A DNA stretch of 64,000 bases, taken from Bilabrum cf. latius. Lineage: Eukaryota. A program made the translations under genes and the position numbers. Below are positions 49,201-60,700 of the stretch, one piece after another. The notes under the pieces were generated by a model. It was not told the origin of the DNA. It saw only the letters and a list, made by a program, of their open reading frames with translations, and made no database searches. Each line of letters begins with the position of its first letter. Position 1 is the stretch's first letter. The stretch lies in assembly GCA_965178125.1 (NCBI GenBank), contig OZ237762.1:496001-560000 (forward strand), read 5' to 3'.

Positions 49201-51892
49201 CACCAGGTCCTTGTTGCTCACGTCCTCGATGTTCGTGCAGTCTGCCTCGCGGTAGGTCCGCTGCGCCGTGCGCTTGGCGTCCTCCACCAGCCACAGCAGC
49301 AAGGCCGAGCACAGCAGCGCGGCCAGCGTGATGAGCGTGGTGAAGAGCTGCCGGCAGCAACGCTCGACGCCGCTCACGCCCAGGTTCTCCCAGATGACGT
49401 CGGAGGGCTCTGGTGCGGCCTGCACGGTGACTCTGTGTGAGTTCACGCGCAGTTCCCTTGGCTGGCAGAGCCACATGCAGAAGGTGTCTGGGTAGGCGAG
49501 CATCGCCCTGTCCTTGCCCTCCTCCTCTTCGAAGGTGATGTAGGCGGCGCTGGCGGTGATCTCTCCCTGCGACTTCCTAGTGGAAATCTCCTCGTCGATG
49601 CGGTCGTCGTAGTGCTGCAGGGCTTGCACAAGGTCTCGGATCTCCTCATCGATCAGGCGCACCTCGTCTCCATCGTCGCCGCAGACACCAAAGTATCGCC
49701 TGCAGCAGGTGACGGAGTCCGCGGGCCACCGGCCCGCGGCCGCCATGTTCGATTCAACGGAAGGGTGTGCCTTCTTCTGCAAATCGGCGAGTCCCATTGC
49801 CGCCACGTGGCGCCTCCTGATCGCACGGTCAATGTCCCGGAGCATGCTACCCCGGATGATGAACATGTGGATGAGCTCCGCCTCGTTGGACCCGAAGTTG
49901 ATCGCGGCGACCTTGACCCCGCCGATCTGCTCCACGTTGTGCGAGCCGGGGCGCGTCACCCGGGGCAAGTCACGGTGCACCGCGTACTTCGGCTTGGAGA
50001 GCTCTTTCTCGAAGTGGAGCCTCAGGTCGCTCTCGAGCAGCTCCACCGACTCGTGAGGGGGCAGGCTGGGCAAGTACACGGAGTAGTCGGCGGCCGAGAA
50101 CCGCTTGTTGAGGGAGTACTTGATGTGCTTGTCCTCGTCCTTTTCAGACTGGTCCAGCCAGCACACGGTGCCGAGGAAGACGAGGATGGACACGAGGTCG
50201 AACAGCATGATGAAGACAGCCACTTCCTCTTTCGTGTACGTGTCCCACCCGTTGAACAGGTCGAGCTTCGTCTAGTAGCAGACCGCCACGAGGACCATCC
50301 TCCGCTTCCCCTCCCCGCTGTTGTCCAGTGCCGGGTCAGCCAGCCGGGAAGCGCACATGTCCTGCGGTAGGCCCTCACTCAGCGACCTCGTGCACAGCGT
50401 GCCGTCCACTGTCTCACCACCGTCGTCGTCCTCGTCACACCTCGTCTCGTACGTCGTGCTGACCCGCCACGACACTGAATTGGTCGCGTTCACTGGCACG
50501 TCGCAGGAAGACTGCCCGATGCACAGGCCCCGTGCGATTGTCTGAGCCGAGGTAGAGGTGCACCTCTTGTCCACCTCGATGTCCAGATCGGGGAACACAG
50601 GCAGGTTGCCCTGCAGCTGCGAGGCACAGCAGGGGCCCCCCGTGAACGACGAACCCGAGGGAAGGTTCACCGTGCGCTGCTGCTCCAAGAAGCAGTACTG
50701 GTCGAACGGGGATCCAGTGTCCACGCAGCTGTCCCCGGACTCCTCCCCGGGGCATGAAGGGTCGGGGATACGGGAAGCGGGGCAGCCACACTCCCTGCGG
50801 TAGAGTAGAAAATTGAAAATTGAATGGGTTAGGGGTAACCGTGTCTGCCACGGATACCGTGCTGCAATGCAGTGCGTATGGGCATATGGCCGCGATGCTC
50901 ACCCCGACGGATTGCCGTAGTACGCTTCGATGGATCCGATCCTCGCCCCCGCTGGGCATGTCACGTTCAGGCTGCTCCCGTCCAGCCCGGAATCGCACAC
51001 GGTCAGCCCCTCACCCAGATTCGCCAGGGAGAGGAGGCCCAGCGCATCGACCGCGGACACGACGTCCACCGTGCTTCCAGAGTAGTACAGCAGCAGCGGT
51101 GGCACAGACAGTAAAGACATGAAAAACAGCATGCAGGACAGGGCATACCAAGCTTTGAAGTAGAGGACCACGCCTGACCCATACCCGGACAGCTTGCTCG
51201 GTGTGTTAAATCCTGCACTGAATGAAATACGAATCGAAAACTGTCCAGTGTGGAGTATGCACTGACTTATTCGATCATGGCAAAGTGCCTTGAGCATTTG
51301 AAGGCGAGCGAAAGGAAGCAGCTGCAACCCGGCGCTCTTACCGCAGCAACAGTGGCACCCGGTGTCCACCTGCAGTTGTATTCGATAAGAACAGGCGTGC
51401 TAATTTCAAAAACAGTATGGGAGGACGACAGAGAAGAAAAGCGCAATGCATGCGCGAGGCTAGCAAATACTACGTGGCCAAGGCCACAACGCCTCACGAA
51501 CGGCGACCATAGCTCAAACGTCTGGACAGAGCCATCAATCCTAAATTTCTGAGCGACTCTAGGATGTGTCTTGTTCACATAATCCTCAGCCTGCAGGAAT
51601 CGCGGAAACGTGAGTGTAAAAGGCATGTCTCTGGAACGGTTTCGGGAGATTGCGAAGCGACGTCGACCCTTACAAGCTTCGTGCTCAGGTACTTGTAGGT
51701 GCTGCTGCCACAGTCTGGTTTGAGCTTCTCCATTTGACCCAAGTAGCTTGTCGAAGATCGTTTCAGAGCTGGTACATCTGCAGGCGAAGAGGTAGCTGGT
51801 CGCTGAGGGCGTTGCTGTCCTGCGCGGCCTCCCTGCGGAGCCGCAGCGACTCTCATCCCGTACGAAGTTCGCTCCGGTTGCGACACTCGCAT
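46216..51892 (-). CDS. CSC1/OSCA/TMEM63-like multi-pass channel with SUEL-lectin-like extracellular domain and Gln-rich C-terminal tail; 5' exons and start uncertain
   Basis: Motifs GSGVVLYFK, AADYSV, AAYITFE, APEPSDVIWENL, GMPLLIP, YWVDKFLF...TPPAYD. Intron 50795-50902. The last exon 46216-50794 is one frame with TAGs inside Gln runs (MHQA*Q*QAQR, QQQM*QQ, Y*QQQRQQQ). Ends in TGA. Confidence 0.8.
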
Positions 51893-52788
51893 AAATTTGC
51901 ACTACTGCTACGATCGTCGGCGCGCAGCCTTACGATCGCGAGTACACAGCCAATATTCTACTCTGCGCACTGCAACTTTCCTGCTTGTTTCGCGGTTGTA
52001 ACCAAAAACGCCGCTATTGGTCGCAAAACGAATCCTTGGCGTGGCCTAGAGCTGCACGACGGCGCCCAAAGTTTGGACTCGTACCACACCTTCCTCTGCC
52101 AGCCGTCCCGATGCAATCCTCACACGACCATTCATTTGCCCAAAGGGACAGCTCTAGCGCCTGCATCATATCGCGGGAGCCACTACGTGCCTGGCCTGAC
52201 TTCGGCATCCACCGGCACACGATGTAGACTACAGCCACTGGAGCTGGAACCCACCACTCCAATGGGTCATAGCCGTGCCTAGTCCACTGTCTCATTGTTT
52301 TGTAGACTACATCTACAACAACCACTTGCCACCAGAGACCAGACCAATGGCCTCGGGATGGGTGCGGGGCCCACACCGCTCACGTCGAGCCCAGCAACAA
52401 CCACCAGCCGGTGGCCCGGGCGCCTGCATCGATGCAAGGCTAGGGATGGCACCAGCAGCACCAGCATCAGCCGGCTCTCAGAGGCATGCCCGGAAAGGCT
52501 GCGGCCACTTGGGGGGGGTCTGATATTTTGTGGACTCAACTCAAAAGCGCACGCTATCACGAAGAAACATCTGGAACGAGGGCCCGGGACCTACCAGACT
52601 TCACGCTTCAGCTACAATGGCCTAAACCACCTAAGCTCCGCCCTGAGTACCCATTTCCCCCTGGGGAGCGTCAGCATTCACGTTCCCTCCGGCGCCCGCT
52701 GCCGGCACCCCGTCCTGCTGCCAGTTCTGAGCCAACCCTGCCTTGACGTTGGCGATCGCCACGGCGAGGTCGTTGTTTTTGCGGCCAC

Positions 52789-53190
52789 TACAGAAATACA
52801 GAAATACAGAAATACATTGTTGGGTTAAGTTACCGAACCCGCCACAGATGCACCATATCTCAGGTGATCACCTGCAGCGGTAGGAGCCCTCATAAGAGGA
52901 CTACAAGACCCCCGACCCTTTCAGACCAAAGGCCCCCCATGTACCGGCCCTGATGTTGGGACCTCCCTTTGTCGCCTTCAAGCCCTCCTTCGCAGCAGTC
53001 CCGGAGCCTTTATTTCGGATATCCGTAGACACACAGGCATACTGTGTGGACCCGGCATTATGCGCGGTCCAGACCCACCACGGAGTGCCCCTCCAGCCTC
53101 CGACGTCACTTCCAGGATCGTCCGGACTCGCGATCCCTCTGAGGGTCGAGCACGCACACAATCATGCTCGTCTCTGGAACTGTCAGCGTA
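52789..53190 (-). mobile_element. Degenerate 3' end of a family-B-related LINE with (TATTTCTG)n tail
   Basis: tacagaaa repeats plus the shared 3' UTR (ggactacaagacccccgaccctttcag). Decayed VGLDRA.CR.H C-terminal coding remnant containing TAA/TGA. Confidence 0.75.
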
Positions 53191-53742
53191 AATATGTGAA
53201 TAGTTCCGAGGCTCCCCCTCCTGGGAGTCTTCCCGAGCTCGGTGTCCCCGGGCCCGGCTGATATAGGTGGCACCAACGGTGCAGAAACCAATCGCCCTGC
53301 TCTCCGGCAGGCAGACCGGCGCCAAAGCATTAGATGCTAAGACTAGGGCTTCAAAGAACCCATTTTCTCCACAAGGGAAGAAATCCCGTGCTGAAATGAC
53401 AGTACGGGCGTCGGAGGCGGTAAACACCTTCCCGACCGTTTGGTCGTAGACCTTCCCGCGCACATCGGCGAACGGGCCATAACCACTTCGCAGCCCCCAC
53501 AGGGATCTCGAGTGGAATCGAGAGCTATTTAGCTCTTCTTCCGCTGCGCAGACGACACTCCAGGACGCCTGAACAGGGCTGTGCTGCTCAACCAGCACAG
53601 GCACCGAACCCGGTGCAGCCGACAATGCCAATCCAGGCGTCGGCTTCTCCCATCCCATAGGAAGGAAGAATATAGCCAAAGCACTATGTGCTAAGGCTAG
53701 GGCCCATAAAGGGTCCATCTCCCCCACCAGGAGATTGGCCAC

Positions 53743-54562
53743 TACAGAAATACAGAAATACATTGTTGGGTAAAGATTCCACAAGCACCCAGATGCACCG
53801 TTGCCCCCGAAGGAGTTCGAGTGATCACCTGAATCCAGAGGAGTCCTCAAACAAGGACTACAAGACCCCCGACCCTTTCAGGCCAAAGGCCCCCCAATCT
53901 CAGCCTACACCGCCGAGTCCCCTTTATTCGCCATCAATGTGGTCCCCCACAAGCCCTCAGCCTGATGCCTTCACAGGGAGAAAGCATACAGGTGCGGAGC
54001 ATGTGCCCGGCACAAAGCGCGGTCCAGTCCCACATCAGGGTCCCCTGCCGGGACCCACCATTTCCTCCTCCATGACCGTCTCTGCGTCTCACGATCCTTC
54101 AGAGAGGCTAGCATGCACGCGCTCATGCCTTTGGCCCATTGCCTCTCTATGTCCCTTAGCAAGCCGTGGGGCTTAAACATCCGTCGCTGTAGCCGAGCGT
54201 TCGCATTGGTTGCCGCTATCAGCTCTTGCGTGGCCGTGGCGGCAAGAGCAGCCGCCGCATCGCCTCGCATCCACTGCCTGCACGTCAGCTACTCCTGCTA
54301 GCGCAGCTGGTTCCTGATCACCTGCACCACTCGGTTGGCCAGCTCCTTGACAGCTGTCCGTTCCGATGACCGCGCAATCGTACGCTCTATCCGAGTGAGT
54401 GCGTCTTCGACGATTGGCTTGGCCCTGCTGGTGCGCTCCAGCTTCTCGTCCCAAGGGTCCTGAGCGAGAGCTGTCTTCGCCCATGCTTTCCGGAGGGAGG
54501 CAGGGGACCTCCCTCTATTCTGATCCGCATCATCGGGTTGCCACGGTCTCGTTCCGGCATGA
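53743..54562 (-). mobile_element. 5'-truncated LINE family B copy
   Basis: High identity to ~25560-26388 in reverse orientation, with the same C-terminus RAHAPHLYAFSL and octamer tail. Confidence 0.9.
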
Positions 54563-54732
54563 TGGTCGGCCCACTTGCGACCAAATCGATAACGTGCACT
54601 TTATACCGCAAATACCTCAGATTCCCCCCCGGGGTATGAATAGCTTCAATTACGACTTCTGGCGATATTTCGATTGGTTTTACATACTTTATTGAATTAT
54701 TTGGATAATATACCATGCGTTAGAGTTTCGTT

Positions 54733-57700
54733 ATGGTGAATGGGTGCCTGAGCTGCCTAACTTCATTGCTTGCTTTCGTCGTTCACCTCAGTGGCTCGAA
54801 GGCTCGAAAGCCGTTCAGTATGAGCCTTGGCGACCAATTTGGTAATCCTCTTCCGGAAACTACTGTAGGCTATCTGCTGAGTGTTGATGATGCTAACAAC
54901 AATTCCAACTTCATATGCGAAGACGTGGTGGATTCGCAAAGTGCACTTGTCGACACTTGCACCAGTCTCGGGTTCAATCATTCGGGAGCCTGGTGGATAG
55001 CGGCGCCTTGGCTTGACAGGATAGCCTCAATAGGCATTGCGGGAAACGGTTCGTGCTCGTCGACCGACCCAGTCCTGCTCTCCTGTGGCGATTTGCCACG
55101 ACCGCCGTCACACCCGGTGACTCCGCTATGCAAGAGATTGAAGGATCCATCACCCAAATTAAGCCCATGGTGTGCAGCATATATCCCATTTCAGCCCTAG
55201 ACCTTTGTTGGACCAGCCGAGGTACACGTGGATGTGCCATGGCCACCTCGACCATCCGACAGCCAAACCAACCGTTTGCTGCAGGTGCCCGCGGGCTCGC
55301 GCATATCACCAACATCGGGCATCCTGTGGATTTCTATCACTCCACAAGTACACTCAGACGGCAGGTGGCCACTGGCGAGTGCTACGGGCAACTACTCCCT
55401 GCCGTGGCCGGCCCACGAAAATGCGACTGTGAGCGATTTGGTGGGAGAGACCGGAGCGGCTTCTCTGCTGATCCGGGTGGAGGTGCAGGGGTCACTGCTG
55501 CACCATGAGGGCGACTTTGGGGGGCTCATGGGCGGGGGCAAGGTGGACGTATGGCGCTCGAAAGGGTCCACCATGATCCAGGTGCCGCAAGGACCCGAGG
55601 CACTTGGGTACAACTGGACGGGGCCCACCACTGCTGAGCTTGAAGACTGGGAGCTGCATCCTAGCTGCGGTCGAGTTGAGATTATGCGGGCTGCGAAAGG
55701 CGTGCTGTCCGTGGCTATTCCGTACTCTCTGCTGTTTTCGAGCCAGTCGGTTGTGGATACACTTGAGTCACGGCTGGAGGTGCGAGCCGCTGCCGAGGTG
55801 ATTGGGCACGATTTCGGAGCAGGGACGCTGTCGGAGCCAAAAACTCCAAGGCATTGGAACTCAAGCCATTCGGCACACTTGACTGTTGCTCAGCTACAAC
55901 AAGCCCCTGGAAACAAAAGCAATTCAAGCCATTGGGATTCCCACTGGTGTGCCGGCAGTCGGGTGGTGCAGGTGGCGGCAGGGTCTCGCCACACGTGTGC
56001 ACTGCTGGAGGGCGGCCGGCTGCGGTGCTGGGGCGAGGGTTTGGATGGCCAGCTAGGCACAGGCACACTTTCTGATGTTTTGGATCCATCGGACCTGAAT
56101 GCCGATGTGGATGTGGACGGGCGCGGCAGTCGGGTGGTGCAGGTGGCGGCAGGCTCATCACACACGTGCGCGTTGCTGTAGGGTGGCCGGCTGCGGTGCT
56201 GGGGATCGGGATAGTATGGCCGGTTGGGCACAGGCAGAACTGCCACTGTGCTGGATCCATCGGACCTGGATACCGATGTAGATGTAGACGGGCGCGGCAG
56301 TCGGGTGGTGCAGGTGGCGGCAGGTGGAAGCCATACATGTGCATTGCTGGAGGGCGGCCGTTTGCGATGCTGGGGCGAGGGGTCCTCGGGCCAGCTAGGC
56401 ACAGGCACGTTGTCCGATGTGCTGGATCCATCGGACCTGACTGCCGATGTGGATGTGGACGGGCGCGGCAGTCGGGTGGTGCAGGTTGATGCAGGCTTTG
56501 GCCATGCCTGCGCATTGCTTGAGAGCGGCAGCTTTCGATGCTGGGGTTCCGGATCGAGCGGGCAGCTGGGAACCAATGACACTAGTGATGTTCTGGCTCC
56601 ATCAAGTCTTGCTAACGATGTTGATATAGGTGGTCGGGACAGCCGGGTGGTGCAGATTGCAGCAGGTGGTTTCTACACGTGTGCGCTGCTAGAAGACGGC
56701 AGGGTGCGGTGCTGGGGTACCGGGCAGAATCCGATTCTCGGGGACGACACGCACGATGATATTTTTGTCGATGATATGTTTGTCGATGATATTTTTGTCG
56801 ATGATGACAGCAGCAGCGGCGATGACAGTGCGGTGGATCTGCAAGGTCGCGACGTGGATGTTGATGGTCGTGGCACTCGAGTGCTCCAGTTATCTGCTGG
56901 ATCGTACCACACATGTGCATTGCTGGAGAGCGGGCGAGTTCGATGCTGGGGAGACGGTCGTTACGGTCGACTTGGAACTGGTAGCACTGACAATGTCGAA
57001 CATCCATCTGAATTGGCGAACGATGTGGATTTAGACGCGCGAGGCAGTCGGGCAGTATTCGTAGCTGCTGGATCATTCCACTCGTGCGCATTGCTGGAGG
57101 GCGGCCGGGTGCGATGCTGGGGCGGGGGCATCCATGGTTAGCTGGGTACAGGTAGTGCTGATGATGCCCCGAATCCATCATTTTTGGCTGGCGACGTGTA
57201 CGTAGACGGGAGGGGCAGCCGCGTCCTGCAAGTGGCGGCAGGACAAGCGCATACGTGTGCGTTGCTGGAAGGAAACCATGTTCGATGTTGGGGCAACGGA
57301 TAGCAGGGATAGCTTGGAGTTGGTATTCGCACAAATTTGGTGGATCCATCCGTAATGCTTCGTGATTTGATAATGGATAGTCGTGGCAGTCGAGTAGTGC
57401 AGGTGGCGACAGGCTCATTTCACACATGTGCTCTGCTGGAGGGCGGCCGATTGCGGTGCTGGGGCTATGGATAGTACAGATAGCTTGGACTGAGCAACAA
57501 TGCCAATGTTCTGGATCCAAGGCAATTATCCAGCGATGTAGATGTAGACGGGCGTGGCGGTCGGGTGGTGCAGGTGGCGGCAGGTGGAAGCCATACATGT
57601 GCATTGCTGGAGGGCGGCCGTTTGCGATGCTGGGGCTATGGATTGCACGGCCAGCTGGGCACAGGCAATATTTCCTTGGCGTTGTCTGTATCCAGTCTGA

Positions 57701-60700
57701 CTGCCGATGTGAATGTGGACGGAAAGGGCGGTCGCGTGGTGCAAGTCGCAGCAGGGGAGGAACACACGTGTGCGTTGCTAGAAGGCGGGAGGCTGCGGTG
57801 CTGGGGCAGGGCGCAGTATGGCCAACTGGGCACTACCAGTCGTGACACCGTGTTGAATCCGTCTAGCTTGACTGGCGACGTGGATGTGGATGGTCGTGGT
57901 AGTCGAGTGCTATTGGTGTCAGCCGGGTCGCACCACACATGTGCGTTGCTAGAAGGCGGGAGGCTACGATGCTGGGGCAATTCATTCTTTGGTTAGCTGG
58001 GTACAGGTGACTTTAATAGTTGGATATCACTCCGTTAGATTTCTGGCGATGTAAATGTAGACATGCATGGCAGCCGAGTCATTTAGGTCGCCGCAGGGCC
58101 ATTCCAATCCTGTGCGGTGCTGGAGGGCGGCCGGCTGCGATGTTGGGGAAGGGGTTGGAGTGGATTACTAGGCACTGGCAGCACTGAAAACGTGCTGGAT
58201 CCATCAGACCTTAACGGTGACGTGGATGTGGACGGGCGCGGCAGTCGGGTAGTGAACGTCGTGGCTGCATTTGCACATGCCTGTGCGGTGCTGGAGGGCG
58301 GTCGGCTGCGATGCTGGGGCCAGGGAGACAATGGCCAGCTGGGGATTGGGTCCACATCTGCAGTGTATGACCTCTCACTGCCTGCGATATCTGATGGATC
58401 CCTCCGTTTGCATGTCCGGACGCGAAAGTAGCTGCCAGCGTGCCTGTGCACGCATTTTGGACGCTGCCTATCCCATCTAGAGCTGCAGCCGTGGTGCCGG
58501 AGCATTTCCGTTCGGGCTGGATCGAGCGTAGTGCTGCCACCGAAAGACCGATGGGCATCATCAGGCGTAAGGATTCATGCTAGTCTATCTGTAATCGGCG
58601 GAAGCCTCCAAGTTACTGGGCAGTACGTTGAGCCGGAGCCTCTTTTGCTCGGTCGGTCTTTGTTCCATATGGTACTAGACAACGGCCTGAAACTTCGAAA
58701 GGGCTTGGTGACTCCGCGAATCATTGGAAACTCTGTGGTCCAAACGATAGGTGGGCCCATTCGGTTGCAGGTTCCAGTTCTAAGGCAAGCGGCAGCCCTC
58801 GATGACGTATCGCAGTACCTTCGAGTGGGCAGCAAGTCACTGGTCTCCTGCCAGATCTTGCGCCAAGATCTGGTGGAATGCGAGATTTCCCCCGGCTTGG
58901 GCACCCAGATCCCTGTAGAATTTCTGCAGCAAGATGGCCAATGGGTTCAAGCTGGCACAGCTTCATACGAGGCGCCTGTGGTAACCCAGGTTTTGGAAGA
59001 TCCCGACAGTGCTGAGGCGATGTTACTCAGGGGGAAAGGGTTTGGTCCGAATATGACGTCCGACTAGTTGCAGATAGCCGTGGGCTTGTACGACTGCAGT
59101 CCTGTTCAATGGTTATCCGACGACCAGCTCAAGTGCGTGCGTCCTTCCGTATCAGACCAGGTTTTACCACTGATCGTAACGGCAGGTGGGCAGGCATCTA
59201 ACCCAGTATCCATTGTATTTCCAGCTCCCGTCGTGACCGCTGCGACTCTCGTTGTCAGCCGAGGGCGTGAAGCACGCGCGAACGTACAGGTGAATGGTTC
59301 TGGATTTGATGGGCGTCTCCTCAATCAAGTTACGGTCGGCGGGGTAAATTGCGCGCAGATCACTGTGGTTTCCCATTAGGTATTGGAATGCAAAGGACTT
59401 TCCGTGCCCCTGGCCTGGCGGTCCCAGGACGTGGAGGTGTCCTTCTTGCGTGACCTGAGCCCGAGCAGTGAGCCCGTTGTTGCAGCTGGCGGGGGCGGGC
59501 TACTGTCAGTGCCGCTGCCGTCCACGCGGCCGCTGACTCGTGTGTCGGGCCTGGGAGCCTTCCGGCCCGGCGATGATCCCGGCGTGGTGAAGGTGTCATT
59601 CCTGGCCCTGTCGATTGCCAGCGAGGGCCAGCTCATGCAGGAGCTGGGCCCGGACTACGCCGCCATCCACGAGGAGGTGCAGCTGTTCCGCGTGTGCGTG
59701 TGGACCGGCAGCAGGAGCAACTGCTCTGCGGGCGGGTCGAGTCTGCTAGACCGGGCGGAGGGTCTGTCGGGTCGTGCGTCGTTGGGCGTGCCTTTGCTTG
59801 GCATGGCGAGCACTGGTGCCATGGTGTCGGGATTGGACATCACCGACGCTGCGCTCTTGTCGCGAGCTGCAGGTGTGATGTCATAGTGGGGTGGAGCGGA
59901 GGTGGAGCTGCATCATGTGCAGGTGCGTGGTGCTTATCATGGGTCTGTGAATGTGTCTGTGCAGGGTGTGGGATCGAGCGGTGCATCCGGCGAGTGGACC
60001 GATGTAGCCTTGAATGTGTAGCAGCAGTGTGCAGTAGGTTCAATGCGAGCTGCAGATGGCGCTGACTGTATTCTTTGTGATGATCAATTGGCCGTGTGTT
60101 GCGGTTAGCCCCAGAATCGTGTGCCGCCTCGTGCTGGGGTGTGGCAACTACCTGGTAATGTTGAATTTAAATTTCGGTTCTTGCCGTGCGCCATTCAGGG
60201 TGGGGCAAACAGGTGCGGTGGTGTATCACCCGGGAACGACTCGTGCGAAGCACTAGCCATGCCCCTTGAAGGATTTCTGTTCCAAGATGATGGCTACTTG
60301 GATTGGATGCCTGATTCTATGCGCAGGTCACGGGATGCTTTTTTGGCTGAGTCTGTGCCGCCTTCCGAACGATTCAATGAGACCATGGAGTACGGTTGTC
60401 AAGTTGGCACGGTTGGCACGCTGTGCGGTGGCTGTCGGCGTGGGACCGTGTGGAATCCTACAGTGGAATCATGCTTGCAGTGTGAACCCCCCGGCTCGAA
60501 CCGGGGCGTAGCCGTCGGCATACTCCTTTGCGTGATGCTTGCAATCGCTGCACTCGTTGTCGTGAACCACGGTGCTGCAAGCAGACGCTTGCACACGTTT
60601 GAAAGGTAGCGGAGGTCTGCACCCGGAGACAAGAAGGAAGGTGGGGCTCAAGGTGACAATTTCGGGGCGGAACTGCGGATCTTCAACGTCATGCGGGAGC

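Noticed and set aside
51650-52788. Plus-strand frame open through one TAG up to the LINE tail
   Set aside because: No recognisable domain, and it partly overlaps the 5' region of the channel gene.
56179-56181. TAG = Glu, Lys or Ser (LL*GGR vs LLEGGR; SHQ*IS vs SHQKIS; K*HQ vs KSHQ)
   Set aside because: These are isolated, mutually inconsistent single-base changes. Gln correspondences are far more numerous and include poly-Q tracts.
59923-60108. Apparent GT-AG intron in the giant receptor
   Set aside because: It is 186 nt, in frame, contains only TAGs and encodes a Cys pattern continuous with the downstream domain, so no intron is needed.
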